Shown: positions 1-12,117 of the stretch, piece after piece | Layout of the letters: every line of letters starts with the position of its first letter | Position numbering within the stretch: the first letter of the stretch is position 1 | Assembly (NCBI GenBank): GCA_964106645.2 | Contig: OZ067050.1 | Strand: one strand, 5' to 3' | Length of the DNA stretch: 64,000 nucleotides | Source of the DNA: Podarcis pityusensis | Taxonomy: Eukaryota | Translations under genes and position numbers: made by a program | Notes under the pieces: generated by a model | Seen by the model: only the letters and a program-made list of their open reading frames with translations | What the model was told of the DNA's origin: nothing | The model's database searches: none

Positions 1-689
1 CTGTTTCTAACTGAGATAGCGTCAGCCAAGTGAACTTTTTGAAGAGGAAGAAAAGTTGAGTTAAAGAAATTACTTTGCTGATTCCTTTGAGGCAGCTAGA
101 ACAATGTAAACATATAGAGTATGACCTTTGCATAAGATTAGCACCAAGTTTGAAAGAAATTAAATGACAGTATAACAACCCTTTCGCCCTTTTTAATAAT
201 TGATGCATTTTGTATACTGTGTATATTTTTGACTTCTTTGCATTGAGTAATTCTTTTTTGGGGAAAAGCCAAATGAAGAAAAAAAAAACATAAATACATG
301 CTTTAGAATTTATTTAGGATTGTTTGTTAGTTATGTATATTATTTAAAACACACACATATATTCCACAAATGTAATAATTCAATGTTATACCCCCATATG
401 TATTAAAGGCCAACTAGCATAACCTCCTATGCTTAACCATAGAACAATTAAAAAGAAACAGAAAAAAACAGTCCTTTGTGCAATTTTTCCCATGTAAAAA
501 ATACTGTGCAAATGTGTTGTGAATCATGATGAAAAGGAAATAAATATATTTTTTTTTTTAAAATGGCGCAAAAGCAAGATGGTGATTGCTTCAAAACATA
601 GCTGGTTTTAAATCCTTAAGTATTATTTTAATGCATTCCACTTACATGTAATTGTGCTGAAAAACTGGAAGTTCTATAGAGATGTGATT

Positions 690-695
<6 letters not shown>

Positions 696-725
<30 letters not shown>

Positions 726-743
726 TAGATAGATAGATAGATA
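696..743. repeat. (TA)n(GATA)n microsatellite
   Basis: Direct reading of the sequence. Confidence 0.95.
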
Positions 744-1510
744 GGAAAAAACAACTAGAAGTAACTAGAGGCAATTTTGACCATAGCTGCAATGGCCAGA
801 ACCAATCACTGAGCCATGGTGTCTAAACAGTTTATAGATGCTCTAGGTAAAAGGTAAAAGGTTTTTTTATTAGGGTGAGGCAGGGAAAGCCATCATTAGT
901 ATCTGCCATCCCTGGGCATCGCCCTGCCCTACTCCCCCCAAAAAACCAATCTCTTAGAGTGCAAACTATGCAGGTGCCGCTCTGGACATTCCTTTTGTGA
1001 GAAACAACTGTCCCAGTTTTAATGTTTGCACCCAATGAATGATGGCATAGCAGTGATTAGCAATTTTGGAAATGTATCCAAATAGACAAAATGAAGTCAG
1101 TGGGTATATCATTCTGGGGAAGAAGCTTCCTAATTCGTTATTGAGCCATTTTGTTTGTTTTCTGCTAGTGGAGAAGTTACTGTTGTCCCAGAGAAAGAAA
1201 TGGTTCATTTTCTTTTGAGTGACAGAAATAGCTTTGTAACACACATAGTGGCCCTCTACGCACCAGCTGCAAACAAACAAACAAGCAAACAAACAAAAAT
1301 AGGAAATAGGAAAAATGATTTAGATAAAATTGCTATACAATGTTGTGGTGATTCTGAGATTTAATCTTAAATCAAGCTTGATTTGAATTGGTTGGTGTCT
1401 CTAGTAACTGCTTTCAATAAACCAATCTTTTGCATAGCTCTGTGTGAAGAGTATTTATTGGGCTGATAGGCACACACTTTGAACAACACACAGGTTAACT
1501 CTATGCACAA

Positions 1511-1813
1511 AGTTACAGATAGGTAGCCGTGTTGGTCTGCCATAGTCAAAATAAAAAAATCCTTCCAGTAGCACCTTTAAGACCAACTAATTTAGTTCTT
1601 GGTATGAGCTTTCGTGTGCAAGCACACTTCTTCAGATACACTGAAACAGAAGTTGCCAGATCCTTCTATATAGTGAGAAGGTGGGGAGGGGTATTACTCA
1701 GAAGGGTGGTGGGAATTGGAGATTGGCAGATAGCTGAGATGAGCCTGCTGACGACTCTTAACGACTGTAATAGGTCTTACAGGAAAAGGCAAGGGGTGAG
1801 AAGGTGAGAAATG
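1511..1813 (-). mobile_element. Penelope-like retroelement terminal (pseudo-LTR) fragment
   Basis: Contains a minimal hammerhead motif; near-identical to 56523-56743; flanked by direct repeat TCTATGCACAAAGTT (1500-1514 / 1824-1838). Confidence 0.8.
1602..1639 (-). ncRNA. Minimal type I hammerhead ribozyme (Penelope-associated)
   Basis: Minus strand reads GUAU-CUGAAGA-A-GUGUGC-UU-GCACAC-GAAA-GC-UC-AUAC: CUGANGA and GAAA cores, stem I GUAU/AUAC, stem II GUGUGC/GCACAC, palindromic AGCU stem III. Confidence 0.8.
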
Positions 1814-2079
1814 GCACAAAGTTTCTATGCACAAAGTTTCAGTTCTCTCATAGAAAGGTGTTTTATGGAATCATATGTGGGGTGGACACACCTAGGACCA
1901 TCCAAATGTACATGTAAAGTGTGTGTGTGTGTGTGAGTGAGCACGTGCACAAACAGAAATCTTACTCCAGTCATCTGCAACTCTCTTAACAACTAGACTG
2001 TCTGCTGCTAAAATCTAGGCCAACTAATACAGATTTTATTTATTTATTTCCCTTCCCCTTCACATCTGTGCTTTGTTAA

Positions 2080-3018
2080 TCACCTGCACAATACTTTTCT
2101 CAACACCTCCCTCACCTCTTTATTTCTTAGAGTATAGATGAAAGGATTCAAAAGAGGCACCACAATAAGATTGAAGATGCTCACTACTTTGGTTCGTTCT
2201 AATGAGGTCTGTTTAGATGGCTTTACAAACAGGAAGATAGTGGAGCCATACCAAATAATCACCACAGCAAGATGGGAGGAACATGTGGAAAAGGCTTTTT
2301 GTCTTCCTTTTTTGGAGGGGATGCGTAGGATGGTGAGGATAATGTAAATATAGGAAAGAAGGGTTGTCACACAGGAGCCTACAATGACAAATATAGCTGT
2401 GAAAAAAGCTGTTATCTCAAGAAAGTGGGTGTCTGTGCAGGAAAGAACTATCCAGGAATCTAGGTTACAATAGAAATTATTGATAACATTGGGGCCACAG
2501 AAAGACAATGTTGTGAGCAGATAGGTTGGTATACACATAGCAAGGAATCCACCAAGCCAACAGCCTCCTGCCAACTTGCTAGAAAGATGAATGTCCATAA
2601 TGGTGCTGTAATGAAGGGGGAAACATATGGCCAAATATCGATCATAAGCCATGATGGCTATTAGAAAATGTTCTGTGCACCCAAAGGAAAAAATACAGTA
2701 CATCTGCAAAATGCAACCTGTAAAAGAGATGCTTCTGCTTCTTCCGAGGAACATAGCCAGGATCTTTGGGACAGAGGCTGTTGTGTACCATATTTCCAAA
2801 AAAGAGAGATTGCAAAGAAAGAAATACATGGGAGTATGGAGACGGCGATTAGTTACTATTAGAAGGATAATACAGAAATTTCCCAAAATGGTCAAGATGT
2901 ACATATTTAAAAAGATGATGAAGATTGTTAGCTGGAAATGTGAAGACCCAGGGAAGCCAAGCAGAATGAATTCCATCACTCTTGATTTATTTTGCTCTTC
3001 TTTGTTGTTTTCTCCCAT
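2080..3018 (-). CDS. OR6F1-like: Olfactory receptor, class II family 6 (OR6F1-like), 312 aa
   Basis: LHTPMYFFL, LEIWYT, MAYDRYLAIC, KAFSTCSSHL, IWYGSTIFL, PLLNPFIYTLRN motifs; N-glycosylation site NKS; splice acceptor (TTCCAGCAG) 17 nt upstream of ATG. Subfamily from recalled similarity. Confidence 0.95.
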   Translation of the reverse strand: MGENNKEEQNKSRVMEFILLGFPGSSHFQLTIFIIFLNMYILTILGNFCIILLIVTNRRLHTPMYFFLCNLSFLEIWYTTASVPKILAMFLGRSRSISFTGCILQMYCIFSFGCTEHFLIAIMAYDRYLAICFPLHYSTIMDIHLSSKLAGGCWLGGFLAMCIPTYLLTTLSFCGPNVINNFYCNLDSWIVLSCTDTHFLEITAFFTAIFVIVGSCVTTLLSYIYIILTILRIPSKKGRQKAFSTCSSHLAVVIIWYGSTIFLFVKPSKQTSLERTKVVSIFNLIVVPLLNPFIYTLRNKEVREVLRKVLCR

Positions 3019-3300
3019 CTGTTCTTTTCTTTAACCTGCTGGAACACAATTTTGAATGAATATGCAGAACATTTCTCCTTACCCTCAATATGAATATTAC
3101 AGACAATCCTTGCACAAAGTTGGTAGAATTTACATCAATTGAGGTTTGGTTTTGGGGTTTGTTTGGTTTAAAAAAAAAAAAAAAAAAATCTAGACCACCA
3201 CCTAAAATGAATTCCCAGCATTGCTAATACAAAAACTGATATGAATTTTTGAATTATAACTGCATTTTGGGAGACAAGGTTACCAGAACAATATTCAGTA

Positions 3301-3561
3301 CAGTCATAACTTGGGTTACAGACGCTTCCGGTTGCACGATTTCGGGTTGCTCACTGCGCTGAACCCAGAAGTACTGGAACGGGTTACTTCCTGGTTTCGG
3401 TGCTTGTGCGTGTGCAGAAGTGCTAAATGCCGCTTTGCGCATGCGCAGAAGCACCGAATTGCGACCCGCACATGCGCAGACATGGCGCTGTGGTTCGCTG
3501 ATGCTGTGGGTTGTGAACGTGCTTCCCGCATGGATCACATTCGGAACCCAAGCGTCTACTG
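3301..3561. mobile_element. Tc1/mariner (Tigger/pogo-like) MITE
   Basis: TA on both sides; imperfect TIR CAGTCATAACTTGGGTT / AACCCAAGCGTCTACTG; internally palindromic. Confidence 0.75.
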
Positions 3562-3663
3562 TATTCTAATAGTATTTATAACTAGGGATCTGTTACTTTA
3601 ATATGAGAAAGAAACTGAGAGAAACCAAAATGGACAGATTTGACAATTCCTACTTGTGATCCA

Positions 3664-3998
3664 GGATGCGGGTGGTGCTGTGGTCTAAACCACAGTTCAA
3701 ATCCCCATGATGGGGTGAGCTCCCGTTGCTCAATCCCAGCTCCTGCCAACCTAGCAGTTTGAAAGCACGTCAAAGTTCAAGTAGATAAATAGGTACTGCT
3801 CTGGTGGAAAGGTAAATGGTGTTTCCGTGTGCTGCTCTGGTTTCGCCAGAAGTGGCTTAGTCATGCTGGCCACATGACCCGGAAAAACTGTCTGTGGACA
3901 AAAGTCGGTTCCCTCGGCCAGTAAAGTGAGATGAGCACTGCAACCCCAGAGTTGTTTGCGACTGGACTTAACTGTCAGGGGTCCTTTACCTTTACCTT
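3664..3998 (+). mobile_element. Sauria-type SINE (tRNA head partly deleted)
   Basis: A-box GGTGCTGTGG head, (ACCTTT)n tail, 13-bp TSD TACTTGTGATCCA (3651-3663 / 3999-4011). Confidence 0.9.
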
Positions 3999-5096
3999 TA
4001 CTTGTGATCCAACCAACTGAACACAGACCACCAAGCTTGCCTGAATGGTGCCAATGTGTCCATGGGAGCCTAGCAAAAACCCATTTTTGCTAAATGTCTG
4101 GAGCTGCAGAAACTCAAAATGTTGTTTTCTTGAGTTTTCTCATTTCAGTTTGGAATTCAAAGCACCAGTGTTGCTTAGTGAAAGACCAGGGTTCAAATTC
4201 ATATTCAGTCATGAAGCTAACTGGGTGATCTGAGCTCAGTTACTGAAATCAGATGGGAAAGTGGGGTATAAAACAATAAATAATATAAATCAATACATAA
4301 ATATTTAAAATGACCATCCGGTTGGTTCCATTTTGTGTTCTGGGTTCAGTTTGTAGAGGTTGCATATTGTATAGTCTGGTCTCAAAATCAGATTAAACGT
4401 GACTTTTAGATGTTTATGAGAGTTTTTTTTAAAAAATCCAAAATTTTAACAAATAGTGTTCTCTCTCTCTTTTTATATACAGGAAATCCAGCATGTAAGA
4501 TTCAATATCAAATTTATCTCAAAACCTACATGTTCTGAAAACAAACAGAGCTTGGAAGCTATTTGATTTTCTTAGGCAATATGCTTCCTTCACCTTTATG
4601 AGAATGAGAGTTTGGTTGCAATCCTGTACAGAGTCAAGACTGCTTTTATCCCACTAATGCGCATACTTGTGCTTGCTTCTTCAGTCAGTAAAAATGTTGC
4701 TCTAAATTCACTAACACTGCAATCCTATTGACCTTGGGAAATGTAGCTCTCCCTCTCCAAGGAAACAGAGAGAGGAGCATCTTTGAACTGTGAGATCAGA
4801 TTTCATAAGGCCCCCCAAAAGCTGCCATAAACCTTATCTTACTATTGCCAAAAAGACATGCCAAAGAATATTTGGTCATGCTGGACGTGGATCAGGGAAA
4901 AGCATGGATCCAAAGGAAACAAAGTCTTCCTATCCCCTGAAGCTGCCATATACATGAGAGGGACATTGTTAAGAAAATAGTAATAATAAAAAGGGGATAT
5001 AAAATACTGCTTCTCTCTCTCTTCAGCTCTTGCATCTTTAGTTTTCTCCCACTGACCAACACACTGGTAGGATTGCTTTATATGCATTTTAATGTA

Positions 5097-5820
5097 TGAT
5101 TTTATAGGGTGTTAGGGGGTGGGAGTATCTCTGGTAGGAGACATATTGTGCTCTTTTTGGGTAGCTTATCCACCTTTGACCCCCACTCTGCACTCAGCTC
5201 TCACCTGTGGCTCCTAGAAGCTATCAGCATGGGACAGAGGCCATACCCCCGAAACAGCTTCAGCTGGCTGGCTAAGCCAGATGAGGGTAGCCAAAAGGTC
5301 TCAAACCCTCAGAGAGTTAGGAACTTGCCCTGCATCTTAAGACAGGCTCCAGCAGATTGAATGGATGAGACCAATAGTGGATCCAGTGGTCAAGAAGGAG
5401 GTTTCTTTGTGTGCTGTAGAGAGAAGTGAGGTGCAGATGGGGCTCATTTACCTGGGAAGGTATCCCTCTAGGATAGGGAAAACTCTGATCCTAAACCTCT
5501 GCTGTCTTGTGGGATATCTTCAGGAGAAGAAAAGGCTAAGGAGTGAACCCTACCCAAATCTGGAGCCCATATGACATTAGGATGGGTCCTTGTGTGCCTC
5601 CTTCTGGCAACTCCTGCTCCTGCAGCCAAGCTGGTGCCAAACATATTGCTCTGCTTTCCCCTGGACCCCATCAGCAAGGCCAAGAGTGGGGTCTTGTTGT
5701 CTGGGCAGCCCAGGACCTCTGTACCTACTGCCCAGGCTTTGCCCCAGGGAGGTCACTAATGCAGCACTAATATCACTCCCAGAGGTGCACTCCATTATCT
5801 CTCAAGATGGCAAATGCCAA
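5097..5820 (+). mobile_element. Non-autonomous RTE-clade LINE derivative (5'UTR joined to 3' tail)
   Basis: 12-bp TSD CATTTTAATGTA (5085-5096 / 5821-5832); 3' end CCATTATCTCTCAAGATGGCAAATGCCAA resembles recalled RTE tails; no RT ORF. Confidence 0.6.
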
Positions 5821-8114
5821 CATTTTAATGTAAACAGATCAGCTGCTTCTCAGCTGGTCTTCATGCCCAGAGGCCAATTGTGACCCTCCCGACCTCTCTC
5901 TCTGCCCTTCCCCAAACGAGACTCCTCATTAGCCCTGCTCTGTTCCTTCCTTGAGTGCTTTTGCCTATCTGGAATGCGTCCTTCAGCTATCTTAATGGAT
6001 GTAAGGTGAAGATACAGGAGGAGTGGATTCTTTGCAGAAGCCTCAGGCTTTTGCATGGCTAGTATGTATTACAACAGTAAGAGTCACATCTGTTGTTTCT
6101 CTCCCCTTTGTCTCTAGTTTCACCCCCTTCTGGCATGTAGCTCTCTCATGTTGCAAACAAAGAACTGCAGCTCTTGGGCTGAGAAAGGTTCCCCTGCTCT
6201 GATTTTTTTATTATTATTACTGGCAGGGAAAGCTACAGGCCAGCTGTTCAAAGTAGTATTTTTTTCCATTTGATGAATTGCTGATCACAAATGCATTTAA
6301 TATTTAAAAACTGTCAGAAAAAATAAGTAAAGAAAGCCACTTCACAGATATTTATTGCATCATCCTTTCATATCCATACGCAGACAATATCGCTTTGAAT
6401 TTTCATAGCAACCCACTCACCCATCCTATAATTCACACATACTGTATACATTTTCAGTCTCTCAGTCATCAGCTACTTTATATTTATTACACCCCTCATT
6501 GTTTCTACTCACAGAGTCTAAAACCGAACCAGGAAAGCCCTTCTAAGCACCTCACATACAGACAGCTGACCAAGGCATATTTATATCATTGACACGATCA
6601 GAGCTTCCCTTTACATTTTATCTCCAAGGAATTCATACAAAATGTTCTCAAGCAATTATGGACTAGATAATTCCCACCCCCCCAGGATATTTCATATTTT
6701 TTTGTAATCAATTCTCTCCATGGTTTTGGATTGCAATGCTAACTCAAATTTCAATATGAAATTTCAATTTCTAATAGAGAATAATGAAAATGCCTGAAGC
6801 TAAATTAAACACCACTATGGGTATAAATAACAAGTACTCAAACTGGCTTTTCTAAAATTGCTGTTGTTGCTGCTGCTGCTGCTGTGCTGTTGTTTTATCA
6901 TTATTCCATTTATATCTCACCTTTCCTTCAAGAAGTTCAAGATTTTGTACATGCTTCCTATTTCCCTTCCTATTTTATCCTAATAGCAATCCAGTGGCAT
7001 AGGTTAGCTGGAGAGAGCATGGCTGGCTCAGGGTCACACTGTGGGCCTCATGGCTGAGTAATGCAACACTTGAATCATGACACCACACTCGCATCCTCAG
7101 ATGAATGTAAACTGCATGCAGCCCATTGGTTCAGCATTTTTGAACCTGTACTTTCATTTTCCAATGGGCATTTTTCTATTTTACATTTTAATCTATCACC
7201 CTTCCTTTATACTTGAGCACAGGATGGCTAACAACACACAATCCGTAGAATGATCTTAAAACCGAACTTTTTTTTTTTTTTTAAATTCCCAAATAATAAT
7301 AAAAATATAAAAAGACCACCCATGAAACGAACTCCACACCCAAAAGAATGTCCCATTTTCACTGCCACTGGTGGCACATCTATCACCACATAGTTTTTTG
7401 TAGGTGGACTGGGGGAGCTACTGGTGGCATAAGTATGTGTGTAATGCCACATCCAAGAGCCTTTTAAGTCAGTCTTTCAGGAGTTTTAGGATTGACCCCT
7501 TGTTTCATTTGTTAATTAAAAAAACACCACAGAAATTAGAGTTTTGTTTCCCCAGGCAGGTGCATATTTGTGGCTCATGGGTGTTGTGGAAATAATACAA
7601 AATGAACACCAGTTTTGGGAGAAATGAAGCCATAACTTTGATGATTAAACAGTAGGTGGAGGTAGTATGGCAGCAGGGTGAGGATCAAGTCTTTATTCCA
7701 CTCAGCTTCTACTGATGGAATGGCATTCCTTTCAAGGTTGGGAAGCACAACCCTTCACCTTAGGAGTCGCCCAGTACTGAAGTCATGTACCAGTGTTGAG
7801 CTCAGTACTGAACCAAGCATCCGGGGTCCCACCAGGGAACCCAGAGAGATATTCCAGGAAGGCAGTGTCAGGGACGGGCCAGTGGTTTCAAGTTCCCTGG
7901 AGGGAGGGGGGAACCTGGGAGTGGAAGAAGTGGTTGATGTGCCCGAGGGGGAGGGAGATACTGAGGAGAGATCTGTTAGAGTAAGCTTAGAGCAAGAAGC
8001 AGGAAGGGCGTAGGGAAAAATATGGGTTCGGAGCTGATTTGGGATCTAACAGACCCTAGGTCACACTCTCCTGTGCCCACTTTGGTGGTTTCCCACTGTC
8101 TAACACTCCTTCTA

Positions 8115-9457
8115 GGGTTATACTGTGTCCTCCCTAAAAGAGAGCACGTGTTGCGGTGAGACCTGGAGACCGACCTCCTGGTTGTGGGTGGGACTATTGG
8201 ATAGCCACAACACCCGAATTGGTAGGTCACTCATTGCTGGGTGTAATCTGACCAATGGGGTGCAGCCTAAACAATTCAAGGGACCTATTTAATCCCTTGC
8301 ACGTGACCCAGAGATTCTCTTTCGCCTCTTGCAAACGGAACAGAGAGCAACCTGTCCTGAGAGACTTGCCTTTGACGATTGTCAGTTGGTGATATTGATT
8401 CCTTTTATCCTCTTTCCCGGTTCCTTTCTAATTTAATTTATTTTCTCCTCATCTTAATTTAACCCCCCACCAACCCTTCACCTACAAAAGGGTCTTTTCC
8501 CGGCGTGGGGCTTTGCACCCAGTAAAAGGGAGCTTGCCGCTGTTCCATCCCCATCCCCCAATTAGGCTTCTGCAGCCCCTTTGAAAATAGGGATGAATTC
8601 AGCTGAGGCTGACATTGGGCTTACCCGATACAATGTGGCTTTTATTCGCGGAACTGCGCCTGCTTGGTGGTGCACTTGTAGGCACCCACCCTTCTTTAAA
8701 ATCTGAAGGGGGGGGGGCTTGGAAGAGTTGAGAGCAGCTCTTCCTGGACTCAAAAATTTTGGTCACTGATGGCAGTGATGTGTGTGGCTCGGTAGCCAGT
8801 TGCCCAGCTGCCACCGAGAGGGCCAGGAAGTGTGTCCAGAGCACAGCGGCCAAGAAGGTTCTGGCCTTGGGTAGTACGGTGATCTGTCACCCAGGCATTA
8901 CCTTCAGTGATCCATCCCTTTACAGGCTTGATGGGGTTCATCTGTCTGTGATTGGGAATGATTTGTGGCTGACTGCAGTGTTAGTGGGGTTATGGGATTG
9001 GTTACAGGTGTGAGTGGTTGGCGGTGGGTGCGGGTGCTCGTGTGGTGGATAGGCACTGGTTCAGGTGATAGGGATGGGAGAACGGTCTCGTCATCCTTAT
9101 GTGAAGGGTATTCCATTAAAGGAATCCAGGGACTAAACTTGGTTTGGTCAACCCCCAAGAGGGGGTTGTGCCTGTGCCTGAGTCCAGGGAAGCATCGGGG
9201 GGGGGGTGGACAGAGACTGTTCCCGGGCTTTCCACCTACCTCAGGTGTTCACCCTTGGCTGACCTATGATAGAGCTCTGGGTCAGCGCTACCTGGAACGG
9301 TGTAGGGACCTAGTCAAACCAGAGCCTATGCAACCACTCACTTTTCAGTAATCAATAAAGTTGTGGCCTAAATTCTGCCAAAAACCAAAACTAAAATTTG
9401 AGTCAAATGTGTTTTTATTTGGGGGGGGGGGGGATCCTCTGGGTCTGAACATGCAAC
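8115..9457 (+). mobile_element. Internally deleted Ngaro/DIRS-type (tyrosine recombinase) retrotransposon with SGNH hydrolase remnant
   Basis: ORF 8759-9013 contains ERARKCV...ICHPGI...LYRLDGVHLSVIGNDLWL (SGNH block V DGxH); family 3' motif AATAAAGTTGTGGCC at 9354; ends TGCAAC. Confidence 0.65.
8759..9013 (+). pseudogene. C-terminal fragment of transposon-borne SGNH hydrolase
   Basis: DGVHLS..GND.W motif; N-terminal blocks absent. Confidence 0.7.
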
Positions 9458-10429
9458 ACTTCTTCCACCAGCCAATTGTTTGAGTGAGTAACTGGTGTGA
9501 TCCTTACTGGCAGAGCCAGACAGGTCTGGCCAGAGACCTCAAAAAAGCTTCCAGTGTTGTTTAGGGATGTAGATTGCTCTGCCTCTCCTCATCAACTATG
9601 CATAAGATTGCATGGCAAGCCTGTTTTCTATTAATTAAACATTAAAATTATCTCCAAAAATGATAGCAAAACCTCTGTGGCAGAACAACTGAATCACTTA
9701 TGCAATTTGCACACACACTGGAGGTGGAAATGGTTGCCGTAATCCAACATGTCTTCCACACTTTTTATCTATCTGGCTTTTGGGAAGAACCAAGTGGAAA
9801 CAAAGCAGGTGGTAGGGATGGTAGAATCTGTCAATTTTGGTATCTCTCAGTTTCTCATTGTTTCCAATCTTCTCCACATTTCATCATCAGCTTGTCATGA
9901 TGATTATGATGATTTTATAAAGTCACTCAGTGAGCCATTTCTGCTCTAACTGCAACTGAGAGATTTAAAGGGCAGAAAGATAAAAGTTTATGACCCATTC
10001 AGGAGATATTGTGCTCTGTCTTCTCCTTAGATATTTCTTATCTACAAAAATAGATCTTGATCACCCAAGAAGAACAATAGATAAAGCAGCAGGGACGAGT
10101 AGGTCGGTTCCTATGGCTTGATGGGCCACATGAGGACATGAGCTTTGAGTTAGCCATCCCTACCTTAAACTGACCTTCCCCTCCCCCCAAAAAGCTCTAA
10201 AATTATTTGCTTATCTACAATTTCTTTTTTCCTTCAGTTACATCCTGAATAATGATTAACTGCAGGGATGTTCCAGATGCACACAACATAGAACCACACT
10301 TGCATATACTGTGTTTTTGTTGTTGCTTTTAAAAGAGAGATATTGAAACAGAGTCTTGTCACTATTAGCTGCTCATGGAATTTTTTTTTCCACCTGCAGA
10401 TGCTATATATAAATAAAGTTTGTGACTGA

Positions 10430-10842
10430 GTTTCCTCCTATACCCTAGGGAGAAAAACCCATTCTCCCTGATCCAATACAACTGGCACATTAAAATAAGT
10501 AAATAAATAGACAGACATTACTCCTGTGACTTAATAATAAAGCAAGCAACACCCATTGCATTTACTCAAAGTGTATAAATTTATTGACTATAGTCAAGAG
10601 AGAATTCCCAACAAAAATGCATAACGGTTGAAACACATGGGATCAGAAACTAAAAAATGTGTTGCAATGGATTAGGCAAGCACCATAAATTTTCAAGTGA
10701 GAATGCTTATTATTTTAATGCAAGAAAAAACACAGATAACAATAACAACTTTTTTATCTCCAAGGAATGCAGTTTTTTCTTTAATTGTGACACAGGGTCT
10801 TGAGGTCTTCATCAGCTTAATCAGAACAATAGAAAGGTAAGA
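10430..10842 (+). promoter_or_regulatory. Candidate promoter / non-coding first exon of the OR at 12118
   Basis: O/E(Ebf)-like TACCCTAGGGAG at 10441, TAATTG near 10791, donor AAG|GTAAGA at 10836/10837 that could pair with the acceptor at 12100. Confidence 0.4.
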
Positions 10843-12117
10843 ATTGTTTTTATTATAAATCACTTAGGGCACAATCCAGCACAAATTAATTGAACTAAAC
10901 TCTACTATTTCAATGACAGAAGTTTAGAATGTTCAGAAGAAGGGAAATAAGTTGTAGTTGTAAATGTAATGGTTAATGTGTGTAGATGTGATAGTAGGGA
11001 TTTCCCCAAGAATTTTATTCTTTCAAATTTCTTCATGGACTTTCCAATTAACTACTCTTGTTAAATGGAAAACAAACACAAAAATACACTCACATGTATG
11101 GGCTCTAAACAATTGGGACAACTGTATATACTTTTGCTATAATATGTGATCCCTATTCCATGGGACCACACAAGATCACAGCAGAGAGAAATGTCCTCCC
11201 TCCCCCACTGTTCCACAAGACCTGGCACTGCCACCTTCCCTTTTGGGTGCATAGTGGTCTGGACTGGGAAAATAATGGACTTCTCTTGCCCTATGTTGGA
11301 CAGCAAAATAACACAAGCTTAAAGCCATTGATAAAATCCCATTAAAGCCATCATTGTCAGCATCCTAACACCAGGAAAATCTTTATGAAAAACATTACAA
11401 AGTGAAACTTTTCTAGAGCATCTCCTTGCTTAATAGGTTTAAAGTTTGGATATAGCCCTCATGACAACAGTGTACCATCGTAAGAATATGAAGCAAAGAA
11501 AAATCTCTGATAAATTTAATGAAAATAGAATTTTATTAATAAGTTGCTGGAATAGTAAACTTCAGGGGAACATATATTATTTTCATTAGTGTAAATTATG
11601 TTCCTATGATAATTTATTTTTGTGTTGTTTGGTTTTCTAATATATTTATTTTTTGCTAATGATATTAATATGCCAAAGATCCAGAGAAAAAGAGAGTAAT
11701 TTTGCAAACAGAAATCAAAGCTTCTCTCTGCCCTTCTGGCTGAAAATGCAGCATGTATTCTAGACACCCACTAATTCTAGGCTGAAGACCTGTAACAAAA
11801 GTGTATAGAAAATATAGGTGTAAAAATGGACATAATAATATAAACTGATTTATGAATAGAAATCATTACAGTAAGACAAATTGATATTATATGAGAAGTA
11901 GTGATATTTCATTTGAAAAAGAAAGCATTTTGAACTAAAGTGCTAAATTAATAAAATCCTCTTACAATGAACTTTTGGCTTATATTTTTTTTTGTTAATA
12001 GTTATTCTATGGAGAGCATTATTAATATTTCTTCAAATAAGTGAGAGTATAAGAGCCACCATTTCCAATCACTAAGTTTTCATGAATGTTGTTTTGGCAG
12101 AAAAACACCTGATTCTG

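Noticed and set aside
3600-9860. Inverted similarity between 3603-3652 and 9812-9859 as duplicated OR promoters
   Set aside because: Resembles a dispersed repeat with other fragments near 37720-38110 and 56390-57050, so it is not evidence of promoter homology
12082-12117. ORF-track start at 12082
   Set aside because: Lies upstream of a good acceptor at 12100; the ATG at 12118 gives a canonical OR N-terminus and the same 17-nt spacer as the paralogue at 3018
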